Assembly: GCA_050291585.1 (NCBI GenBank)
Contig: JBNKKA010000002.1
Location: 11,019 to 75,018 of the forward strand
Origin: Desulfobacteraceae bacterium
GTDB taxonomy: Bacteria; Desulfobacterota; Desulfobacteria; Desulfobacterales; Desulfosarcinaceae
Length of the DNA: 64,000 nucleotides
Direction of reading: 5' to 3'
Shown here: positions 27,934 to 36,240 of the stretch, one piece after another
How the letters are laid out: each line of letters begins with the position of its first letter
How positions within the stretch are numbered: position 1 is the stretch's first letter
The notes under the pieces: model-generated
The model's input: the letters and a program-made list of their open reading frames with translations, nothing else
Databases searched by the model: none
What the model was told of the DNA's origin: nothing
Made by a program: the position numbers and the translations under genes

Positions 27934-28461
27934 TCAGGATCGGACGCGCACCCATGGCAGGCCGAGCCCCCGGCCGCGCACCAGCCGAATGAGAACCACC
28001 AGCACCCCGCTTCCCAGGACCAGGCCGAGATCACGAAACCCGTCGAAGATTACCGAATGGATGACGTCCGTCAGGTTGCTATACCCTGTGCTCCAATGCA
28101 GCTCGAAGGGCCATAAAAAAGAGACCGGTGAGGTGGTGAAGAGGGCATCGGCCACCACATGGGAGAAGATCACCGCAAAGGCGGTGCGGAAACGAATCCG
28201 GGGCAGTATATGCCAATGCTGCGAAACAGCGGAAACCAGGTAGCCGGCCACCAGGGCGAAGAGCAGGCTGTGGGTGGGCCCCCGGTGAAAGAGGCTGCCG
28301 TTGCCGTCCACCAGCAGCCCGATGATGACGTCCACATCGGGGAGGTTGGCCAGGACGGTGATGAATAGCACCCATTTGAGACGCTCGGTTGCCGGGGGTT
28401 GCGGTTCGGTAGCCTCGTGGGTGAGCAGGCCGATGGCCATGTGTCCAAGGGGGAGTGGCAT
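27934..28461 (-). CDS. Membrane-bound metal-dependent hydrolase (YdjM/DUF457-like)
   Basis: MPLPLGHMAIGLL N-terminus, His-rich motifs (FHRGPTHS, SHVV) and several TM segments. Confidence 0.6.
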   Translation of the reverse strand: MPLPLGHMAIGLLTHEATEPQPPATERLKWVLFITVLANLPDVDVIIGLLVDGNGSLFHRGPTHSLLFALVAGYLVSAVSQHWHILPRIRFRTAFAVIFSHVVADALFTTSPVSFLWPFELHWSTGYSNLTDVIHSVIFDGFRDLGLVLGSGVLVVLIRLVRGRGLGLPWVRVRS

Positions 28462-29083
28462 CTTATGGATTCTCCTAAATTATGGCTGGCTATTGGCGGG
28501 CGTTTTCAGCCTGTCCATCCCTCATGTGGCGGTTCGTATAGTCTCATGCTCATTGATACCAGATGGTCGTAGGAGAAAGCGCTGAGGTCCAGCCGAATTT
28601 ATGAATTGACGCGTGATATTTTGTTCTGCCGCCTCCCGGCGATGCCCCGGTCGTTGCTACCAGTGGCGGTCGAGATGTCGATTCAGGATCAATGCGAACA
28701 CAGTGGGAGCCGTTGCCATTCGAGGTCAGGAGGTGGCTGCGCTTGAGCTGTCGGTTCGTATGAGCTTTGCATCGACCGGGGTCGCCGCCAGGCGTCGGGT
28801 GCTCTTGTAGCAGGTTTGATACCAGGAAAGATTCCAGCGGTAAAATTTACTCCAGAGCAGCGGACCGGCAACAGCCAGGGATAGATTTTGGCTTAGATTT
28901 AGGGTATTAACGGAATTCAAGAAAAATTTGCACCAGCCAAATAACTGAAGCCAAAGGCCATCCAAGGGCGGCAGGTGACGAAAGCTTTAAGAGGAATTGT
29001 GAAATCATTTTCCACCTCAATTGTGGCAATGGGGTGTCATGGTATCACTACCCTATCCACCATGGTGGGAGGAGAGTTATCAA

Positions 29084-30211
29084 ATGCAATCGCCCCTTGA
29101 TAAAAGGTCTCCATCGATGCGCGCTGCACTGGCGCTCATTTTTATCCTGCTGTTGATCGCCTGCGGCGGCAGCGGATCGGGCACAGGCACCCCCGACAGC
29201 GATCACGATCCCATCGCCTTTGAAGATGACTGGCCGGCGGCGGGCACCAGCGACAGTCTCTGTTCCGTTCCCACCGAGGCCCAAGCCGAGGAGAGCGGCA
29301 TGCCCGACCAGGTGGTGGGCAGCGGTACCCCGGAGAGCTGCACCAGTGACGCCTTTGTGGACGCCGTGGCCCTAGGCGGGGTGATCACCTTCGACTGCGG
29401 CCCGGACCCGGTCACCATCACCCTCACCGAGACGGCCAAAATCTTCAACGACACCGGCCCCCACATTATCATCGACGGGGGCGCTAAGGTGACCCTCGAC
29501 GGCGACGGCCGGCATCGTATCCTTTATATGAACACCTGCGACCAAGATCAGGTCTGGACCACCTCCCACTGCCAGGACCAGGATCACCCCCACCTGACGG
29601 TGCAGAACCTCACCTTCGTCAACGGCAACGCGGCCGGTGAACAACCCGAGGGCAGCGGCGGGGCGATTTTCGTACGCGGAGGGCGCTTCAAGATCGTCAA
29701 CTGCCGCTTTTTCAACAACCGCTGCGATGGATCGGGACCCGATGTGGGCGGGGCGGCGGTGCGTGTCTTCGACCAGCATGATGACCAGCCCGTCTACGTG
29801 GTCGCCTCCACCTTTGGGGGCCGCAGCGATCTGGCCAACATCGGGTCCAACGGCGGAGGCCTGAGCAGCATCGGGGTCTCCTTCACCGTCCTCAACACTG
29901 TTTTCAGCCACAACCAGGCCATCGGCAACGGTGCCAACCCCCAGCGCGACGGCACACCCGGTGGCGGCAGCGGCGGCGCCATTTACAACGACGGCAACAC
30001 CTTCACCCTCAATGTGTGCGGCAGCAGCCTCACAGACAACACCGCCAACGAGGGCGGCGGGGCGATCTTCTACGTGAGCAACGACCGCAGCGGTACCTTG
30101 CGCATCGAAGATTCGGTGCTGAGGGACAACCCAGAGTTGGGGTTCAGGACCCTCCCCGGTATCTTTGTCCTGGCCGGAGAGACCGAGTACATCGATTCGG
30201 TAATCGAGTAG
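29084..30211 (+). CDS. Secreted lipoprotein with a parallel beta-helix (GGAIF/GGAIY repeats)
   Basis: Lipobox LIAC (LLLIACGGSG). GGAIFVRGG, GGAIYNDGN and GGGAIFYVSND repeat motifs, as in the 959-aa protein. An alternative start lies at 29117. Confidence 0.65.
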   Translation: MQSPLDKRSPSMRAALALIFILLLIACGGSGSGTGTPDSDHDPIAFEDDWPAAGTSDSLCSVPTEAQAEESGMPDQVVGSGTPESCTSDAFVDAVALGGVITFDCGPDPVTITLTETAKIFNDTGPHIIIDGGAKVTLDGDGRHRILYMNTCDQDQVWTTSHCQDQDHPHLTVQNLTFVNGNAAGEQPEGSGGAIFVRGGRFKIVNCRFFNNRCDGSGPDVGGAAVRVFDQHDDQPVYVVASTFGGRSDLANIGSNGGGLSSIGVSFTVLNTVFSHNQAIGNGANPQRDGTPGGGSGGAIYNDGNTFTLNVCGSSLTDNTANEGGGAIFYVSNDRSGTLRIEDSVLRDNPELGFRTLPGIFVLAGETEYIDSVIE

Positions 30212-30246
30212 GGCGTTCGTAAAACCGGAAAATCGCAGAGGAAGCG

Positions 30247-30654
30247 ATGACGGGTATCAAGAATCTGGGTCAACTGCTGGCGGGAATGGACCCCATTTTG
30301 GGCGCAACGGCCTGGGTCTTTGTCACTCTGCCAGACGCCGCCTACGGTGACCGCGCCGAGCTCGCCCCCCTGGGATGCTTTCATGAAAACGAAGGTCTGA
30401 CCCTCATCATCCCCCGGTCCAGGGCCGACGATGCCGGGTGCGCCTATGACGGCGTTTACCGGGCCATCACCCTGAGGGTCCACTCCAGCCTGTCCGCCGT
30501 GGGTCTGACCGCGGCAGTGGCCGCGGCCTTAGCCGATCACGGCATCAGCGCCAACGTGGTGGCCGCCTTCCACCACGACCACATCTTCGTGCCGGCGGAC
30601 AGGGCCGCGGAGGCCCTCGACGCCCTCCACGCCCTTCAACAATCCCACTGTTAA
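30247..30654 (+). CDS. ACT-domain protein (ACT_7-like)
   Basis: 135 aa. AWVFVTLP..., then ITLRVHSSLSAVGLTAAVAAALADHGISANVVAAFHHDHIFVP. Confidence 0.55.
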   Translation: MTGIKNLGQLLAGMDPILGATAWVFVTLPDAAYGDRAELAPLGCFHENEGLTLIIPRSRADDAGCAYDGVYRAITLRVHSSLSAVGLTAAVAAALADHGISANVVAAFHHDHIFVPADRAAEALDALHALQQSHC

Positions 30655-30668
30655 ACCGCTGCAGATAG

Positions 30669-30819
30669 TTAGTGTCCGTCCAGAAATGGTGAATCTCGCC
30701 CGAGTTCAAGGCGGGTGACAATTCCAAACCGGAGGAATATTATTAATATTTCGAGGATTTGGATTTGTCACCCAACGCAGCAAATCGGGTGAGAGGTGCC
30801 GTTTCTGGATGGGCACTAA
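30669..30819. mobile_element. MITE-like palindromic repeat element, copy A (151 nt)
   Basis: Terminal inverted repeats TTAGTGTCCGTCCAGAAA and TTTCTGGATGGGCACTAA (16/18 complementary). The internal arms are also mutually complementary. A second copy lies at 50645-50816. No transposase is present in the window. Confidence 0.7.
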
Positions 30820-30904
30820 CCAATGAACCCTTTAACGAAAAAAGGAGCCGCCCACAAGGACGACTCCTTTTTCGATTCTTGAACAGACGAAGGTGTAGGT
30901 CGGC

Positions 30905-32047
30905 TTACTTCCGTCCGCTATACTCCTGATAGGTCATGGCCACGGTGCGATAGACGATGTGGGCCAGTTTGGAGAAGGGCGTGTAGGCGAACAGGCTCCA
31001 GACAAAAATCAAATGGAGATAGTAGACGATGGCCATCAGGCCATACATCCCGCCCAGACGCAGCATCTCGGTGAACATTCCGGTGACGCCGAGGCACAAG
31101 ACCAAACCCACCAGATACCAGTCCCAGTAGGTGGTCGCTTCGTCACCGAGGCGCTTCTTGAGCAGCAGCAGTCCACCGATGATCAGGGAGATCCCGCCCA
31201 GGTTACCCAGCCACTTGATCGGGTTGATCTGCTGATAAGGTCCTTCAATATGAAAGACCCACTCGGCGGCAAAGAAACAAGCCGTGACGATAAATAGGGC
31301 GATGAAGCCGAAGAAGACCATCATATGCGGTGTGGCCCGATCGGCGTTGTCCCCGCACTCGTTGAATTTGTCGTGCTTCAGAATCGTCGGAACCGTTTTG
31401 ATCAGGGCCTGAACGAAACCGGCCGGATCGATCTTCTCCTGGTCGGTCTTGCCCTCGGCCAGGGCGTTAGCGTGCATGGCGTCGATGAAGCGTTTCAGCC
31501 CCAGGCCGAAAATCGCGATGGCGCCGGTGAAGGTGGGAATCATGATAATATCCACCATATAGTTGTTGATGTAGTCAGACTGCCAGAGGTGGTCGCCCGT
31601 AGGGGCAAAGTTGAGCCAGTCGATCCCCACCATTTTAAGCAGCAGGCCCACCACCAGAAAGATAACCGCCGGAATGGCCAGCAGGATGGGGAGCTTTTTG
31701 GGATCGGTGACCATCTTGGCAATGGGTTTTGGCGTGGCGTACTCTGCCACGGCGGCGGCCCGCACGGCGGCTAGGACTTCGCCCGGCTTGGCCCCGCGGG
31801 GGCACAAGCTGGTGCAGTCGCCGCAGTTGTGGCACAGCCAGATATCGCCGTTACCTATAAGGCGGTCCTTGAGCCCCCATGAGGCCGCAATCATCTCCTT
31901 GCGTGGGAAGGGCTTGGTGTCCGGACTGATGGGACAGGCTACGGCGCAGGTGGCGCATTGGTAGCACTTTTTAACATCGGCGCCCCCCAGGCGGGAGACT
32001 TCCTCAATAAACCCAACATCGGGTTCGACAAGATATGAATCTGCCAT
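30905..32047 (-). CDS. qmoC: Quinone-interacting membrane-bound oxidoreductase subunit C
   Basis: N-terminal 2x[4Fe-4S] motifs (CYQCATCAVACP, CHNCGDCTSLCP) fused to a multi-TM HdrE/NarI-like domain. Follows qmoB. Confidence 0.9.
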   Translation of the reverse strand: MADSYLVEPDVGFIEEVSRLGGADVKKCYQCATCAVACPISPDTKPFPRKEMIAASWGLKDRLIGNGDIWLCHNCGDCTSLCPRGAKPGEVLAAVRAAAVAEYATPKPIAKMVTDPKKLPILLAIPAVIFLVVGLLLKMVGIDWLNFAPTGDHLWQSDYINNYMVDIIMIPTFTGAIAIFGLGLKRFIDAMHANALAEGKTDQEKIDPAGFVQALIKTVPTILKHDKFNECGDNADRATPHMMVFFGFIALFIVTACFFAAEWVFHIEGPYQQINPIKWLGNLGGISLIIGGLLLLKKRLGDEATTYWDWYLVGLVLCLGVTGMFTEMLRLGGMYGLMAIVYYLHLIFVWSLFAYTPFSKLAHIVYRTVAMTYQEYSGRK

Positions 32048-32129
32048 GGATAATTCCTCCTAGCTTGGCAAACAAAGCATAATTGCATCAATTCCTGTGT
32101 ACAACGGACAGGATCCGACGCGGGACTGT

Positions 32130-34466
32130 CTAGAAACCCTTGAAGGGGTTGGGTCCCAGCGCTTCGATGGACTCCACGAAATCGTTGATGATCTTGGGAA
32201 CCTTGTCGTATTCGTCGATGGCCACCTGGAACTGAGCCACACGCTCCTCCTCCAGCGCCAGGCTCTGGAGGGCATCGCCGATCTTCTTCATGCGGACCTC
32301 GGCCAGTTCGCTGCCCTTGACAAAGTGGCACTGGTAGTCATCGCCGTGCTTACAGCCCAGCAGGAAAACACCGTCCATACCCTGGGAGAGGGCGTCCTTG
32401 ATCCAAATCACGTTGACCGAACCGAGGCAACGCACCGGGATCAGACGCACATCGGCGGAGTAGCTCATGCGATTGAGGCCCACTACATCGAGGGCCGGAT
32501 AGGCATCGTTCTCGCAGACCAATCCAAGGACACGCATGGGCGGCTCTTCGTAGTCGTCCTCGGAGGGAACCCCCACCGCCTTGACCATGGAGCCGATGCT
32601 GTCGATGTTATAATCGGCAAAGCCGATGATACGCTCCGGGCAGGCACCCATACAGGTCCCGCAGCGACGACAGCGATTGGGGTTGGGTTTGGGCGTCCCC
32701 TTCTCGTCATCGTCAAGGGCGCCGAAGGGGCACTCCTCTGTGCAGCGCTTGCACTGGGTGCATCTCTGGAAGAAGAAGTCGGGGAAGGTGATATCGCCCG
32801 AACGGGGATGAACGGCCACCCCGCGGCAGGAGCACTCGATACACTGAATCGCCTTGAGGGCCGCTCCGGCGGCGTCTTCCATGGACTCTTCCACCGTCAT
32901 GCTGCGACGCACCGCACCGGCGGCATAGATACCCGTACGCTGGGTCTCGTAGGGGAAGCAGATGAAGTTACTATCGCAGTAACCCTTGAACAGGTCGATG
33001 TCCCGGAAGGCCGGCCCCTGGCGATAAGCCAGGTTGATCACCGGATCATCCACCGTAGCTGGGACCATACCCGCTGCGAGAACGACCAGATCGGCCTTGA
33101 CCTGAAGCTTGTCCCCCAAGAGGGTGTTGGTCGCATCTACGATGAGACCGTCGCCGTTCTCACTGACGTTGACGACCTGCCCCTTGGACATAAAAATACC
33201 GGCATCCTGCTGCAGGTTTTTGTAGAAAAGCTCCGAGAGACCGGGCGTGCGCATGTGCTGATAGAAGATATAGGCCTTGCCGTCGCTATAATCTTCACGC
33301 ACGTATTTGGCCTGTTTGAGCGCCACCATGCTAGTGACGGCGCCGGCGTATTCGAAGTCGCCGTCATCCTCGTCCTTGCCCGGGCTCTGGACAAAGACCA
33401 CCGACTTGGCCGCTTTGCCGTCCGAGGGTCGCACGATCTTGCCCTTTTTGGCCAGGGCTTCGAACTCCGCATTGGTGATCACGTTGGGAGAGGCGCCGTA
33501 TGCCAGGTGGGCCAAGGCATCGCCTTCGAGTTCAGCCGGACGCCAGCCTGCGGCGAGAATGACGGCGCCGAATTTCACACCGTCAGGGTCGAACTGGAGG
33601 ATGTCCTCTCGGCCCTCGTTGTACGCCTTGTACTTCTCCTGCTGGGCCTCGACATCGAGCTCCTTGCCGTTCTCATCCACCTTCATCTCGTCGGGCAGCG
33701 GAAAAGGCACGTCAAAGGAGATCTTTTCGCCCGGATTCTTCAGGGTCACCGTGAAATTTCCCGGTTCGCCGGCGATACGGGCCACCACTGTTCCGGTTTT
33801 AATCGTAATCTTTGACTCGTCTTCAACGGCCTTGATTTTGGCGGCCACCAGGGGGGGTGACAAATCTGTAAACGGGGCCGCCACGGGCAACTGGCTGCGC
33901 CAGTTGTTGGCCTGTCCGCCCAGAACGTCCGCTTTCTCAATGATGGTGGATTCATAGCCGGCCGCGGCCGCATCCAGAGCGGCCGACATGCCCGTCATGC
34001 CGCCACCGATGATGAGAATGCGGTTGGAGAAGGACTCGGCCTGGTAGGCCTCGGGAAGGTTGATCTTCTCCACGCGCGCCATACCCATCTTGATATAGTC
34101 CTCGGCCATGAGCTGAAGGCGGTCGAAGTGAACGCCATCATCCTTCTGCTCTTCCGTGACAGCAGGATTCTCGCTGCGCGGATGGGACCAGACAACCCCC
34201 TCGCGCAGGTTGACGCGATCGATGAGACAACCGTCAAAACGAAAGGTATCGAAGTTCACCCGGCGGGAGCAGGCGCCGATCACCAGGGTGTTGGTTCCAT
34301 TGGCGATATCGCCCTTGAGCAGATCAACGCCCTCTTTACCGCAAAGAAAGGGGTGGGTTTTTACTGCCAGGCCTTCCTCTTCGGGCACGTCACACAATGC
34401 ATCAATATCCAACGCATCGCCAATGCCGCAGCCCGTGCAGATATAGACACCATATTTCTTATCCAT
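32130..34466 (-). CDS. qmoB: Quinone-interacting membrane-bound oxidoreductase subunit B (HdrA-like flavoprotein with MvhD-like C-terminus)
   Basis: 778 aa. IIGGGMTGMSAALDAA FAD fold, ferredoxin motifs CTQCKRCTEECP and CRRCGTCMGACP, and a C-terminal MvhD-like Cys region. Confidence 0.9.
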   Translation of the reverse strand: MDKKYGVYICTGCGIGDALDIDALCDVPEEEGLAVKTHPFLCGKEGVDLLKGDIANGTNTLVIGACSRRVNFDTFRFDGCLIDRVNLREGVVWSHPRSENPAVTEEQKDDGVHFDRLQLMAEDYIKMGMARVEKINLPEAYQAESFSNRILIIGGGMTGMSAALDAAAAGYESTIIEKADVLGGQANNWRSQLPVAAPFTDLSPPLVAAKIKAVEDESKITIKTGTVVARIAGEPGNFTVTLKNPGEKISFDVPFPLPDEMKVDENGKELDVEAQQEKYKAYNEGREDILQFDPDGVKFGAVILAAGWRPAELEGDALAHLAYGASPNVITNAEFEALAKKGKIVRPSDGKAAKSVVFVQSPGKDEDDGDFEYAGAVTSMVALKQAKYVREDYSDGKAYIFYQHMRTPGLSELFYKNLQQDAGIFMSKGQVVNVSENGDGLIVDATNTLLGDKLQVKADLVVLAAGMVPATVDDPVINLAYRQGPAFRDIDLFKGYCDSNFICFPYETQRTGIYAAGAVRRSMTVEESMEDAAGAALKAIQCIECSCRGVAVHPRSGDITFPDFFFQRCTQCKRCTEECPFGALDDDEKGTPKPNPNRCRRCGTCMGACPERIIGFADYNIDSIGSMVKAVGVPSEDDYEEPPMRVLGLVCENDAYPALDVVGLNRMSYSADVRLIPVRCLGSVNVIWIKDALSQGMDGVFLLGCKHGDDYQCHFVKGSELAEVRMKKIGDALQSLALEEERVAQFQVAIDEYDKVPKIINDFVESIEALGPNPFKGF

Positions 34467-34477
34467 GGATTAACCTC

Positions 34478-35755
34478 CTACTTCCTCGCCAGGGTTTGAA
34501 TCGCCTTGAGGGCCATACCGGTAGCGTTTTGGTTGGACGATACAACGTCGGCCGGCTTGTTGGCGCAACCCGCTGCGAACATGCCGCCCTTATCGAAATC
34601 GTTGATGATAAAGCCGTCTTCGGTGGTGGCCAGATCGGCGGGCAGCTTGGCGTTGGCGGCCGTGGGCTGCATGCCGGTTGCGAGAACGACCATGTCGACG
34701 GTCTGGCGGACCTTTTCACCGCTGAGGGTGTCCTCGGCCACCACGGTGACCTTGCGGCTGGCCGGATCTTCGTTGACCTCGGCGACCTTGCCCTTGATAA
34801 AGAAGACGTTCTCATCCTCTTTGATTTTATTATAGAACTTCTCGTAGCGCTGGCCCGGTGCGCGCAGGTCGATGTAGTAGATGTAGATCTTCGCCTCGGG
34901 GTAGCGCTCACGAATATAGGTGGCGTGCTTGAGGGAGGCCATGCAGCAGATGTAGGAGCAATAGGGCAGATGGTTCTCGTCACGCGAGCCGGCGCACTGG
35001 ACGAAAGCCACGCTCTCGGGGGCCTTGTCGTCGCTGGGGCGCAGGATCTGACCCTTTGTGGGACCATTGGGGGCCGCCATGCGCTCGAGCATCATGTTGG
35101 TGACGATATTGTCGTACTGCCCGAAGCCCAGGTTGTCGATGCGGGTGGCATCGTAGGGCTCCCATCCCGTGGCCCAGACGATGGAGCCCACCTTGAGGTC
35201 GAGGGTCTTGGCCGCCATCTCCAAATCGATGGCGTCGTATTTACAGGCCTCCTTGGCCTTGGTGGCGTCATCGGTGCCGATGATCTGGGGAGAGATGACA
35301 TAACGCGACGGGAAGGCCATCTCGAAGGGCAGGTAGGCGCCTTTCATACGATCCATGCCGAAGTTAAATTCGTTGGAGATCTCCATCTCACAGGCAGCGG
35401 CGCAGTCGCCGCAGACGGTGCAGTTTTCGTTGACGTAACGCGGGTTAACCTTGACGCTGACCGAGTAATCGCCCGGTGCGCCGCTGACCTTCTCCACCTC
35501 CGCCAGGGTCAGGACTGTGATGCGGGGGTTGTCCTTGATGCGCCTGAAATTGATCTCCAGGCCACAGGTGGGGGGGCAGAGCTTGGGAAAGTACTGGTTC
35601 AGCTGTGACACACGCCCGCCCAAATAGGGGTTTTTCTCGACGAGATACACTTCATAGCCCACTTCGGCCGCTTCCAGAGCGGTGGTCAGGCCGGCAATGC
35701 CACCACCCACCACCATGATGCTTCCACTCACAGGGGCTGCTTTATCGTTTGTCAT
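34478..35755 (-). CDS. qmoA: Quinone-interacting membrane-bound oxidoreductase subunit A (HdrA-like)
   Basis: IMVVGGGIAGLTTALEAAE FAD fold. The ATG at 35755 has a GGAGGG Shine-Dalgarno. Positioned downstream of aprA. Confidence 0.9.
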   Translation of the reverse strand: MTNDKAAPVSGSIMVVGGGIAGLTTALEAAEVGYEVYLVEKNPYLGGRVSQLNQYFPKLCPPTCGLEINFRRIKDNPRITVLTLAEVEKVSGAPGDYSVSVKVNPRYVNENCTVCGDCAAACEMEISNEFNFGMDRMKGAYLPFEMAFPSRYVISPQIIGTDDATKAKEACKYDAIDLEMAAKTLDLKVGSIVWATGWEPYDATRIDNLGFGQYDNIVTNMMLERMAAPNGPTKGQILRPSDDKAPESVAFVQCAGSRDENHLPYCSYICCMASLKHATYIRERYPEAKIYIYYIDLRAPGQRYEKFYNKIKEDENVFFIKGKVAEVNEDPASRKVTVVAEDTLSGEKVRQTVDMVVLATGMQPTAANAKLPADLATTEDGFIINDFDKGGMFAAGCANKPADVVSSNQNATGMALKAIQTLARK

Positions 35756-36167
35756 GCTATCCCTCCGTGCAAAAACGGTTTCTGTACAACTCATTCAATA
35801 TTCGTTTGTTATCAGGTCCTTGTGCCCAGGCGATACCCTAAAAATGAAACCGGAACCTCGTAGCTGGATCACTGATCCACCGCCGGCATACATAAATTTC
35901 CAGCTACCAGGTTCAGGCTGCATCGGTCACCACACGCCAATCGATAGCCGCCATCAGGATCGCACCGCCTTCTGCCTGGGCAGGCCATATAACCATGATT
36001 TACGATACACGCTTAGGTAAAGCTATAAAACGAAAAGGATATCGCCTGAAAACAAAAGCGGCCGACAACGATAAGACATCAAGTGGGATGCCTGCGGCCT
36101 AGCCGCCGCAACGGTCGCATTGAAGTGCGGCTCACGGCGGCAATGGATGCCGGTCGCTCGATGCCGG

Positions 36168-36204
36168 TAATAAAAACCTCCAGGTGCCAGAAGGCACCTG
36201 GAGG
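36168..36204 (-). terminator. Intrinsic terminator/attenuator after aprA
   Basis: Perfect 12-bp stem CCTCCAGGTGCC-AGAA-GGCACCTGGAGG, followed on the minus strand by TTTTTATT. It lies 37 nt downstream of the aprA stop. Confidence 0.8.
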
Positions 36205-36240
36205 CATTACTCGTTCGACTAGATCACAGTCGACCTTCCA

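Noticed and set aside
27074-28243. 389-aa plus-strand ORF overlapping the J-domain and ydjM-like genes
   Set aside because: The minus-strand frames contain an HPD J-domain and a DUF457-like membrane protein. The plus-strand translation is Arg/Gly/His-rich and featureless.
28620-28720. Minus-strand CGCCACTGG...GGGAGGCGG resembling the B12-box region of a cobalamin riboswitch
   Set aside because: I could not find the upstream GGTG..AATCC/GGGAA core elements. The downstream genes (ydjM-like, J-domain, PfkB) are not typical B12-regulated genes. An Infernal scan is needed to settle this.
32097-35608. 572-aa and 403-aa plus-strand ORFs (32097-33815 and 34397-35608) opposite qmoB and qmoA
   Set aside because: The minus-strand products carry clear HdrA-like FAD and Fe-S motifs. 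The plus-strand translations are low-complexity (G/A/D/V/H-rich) and have no start context.
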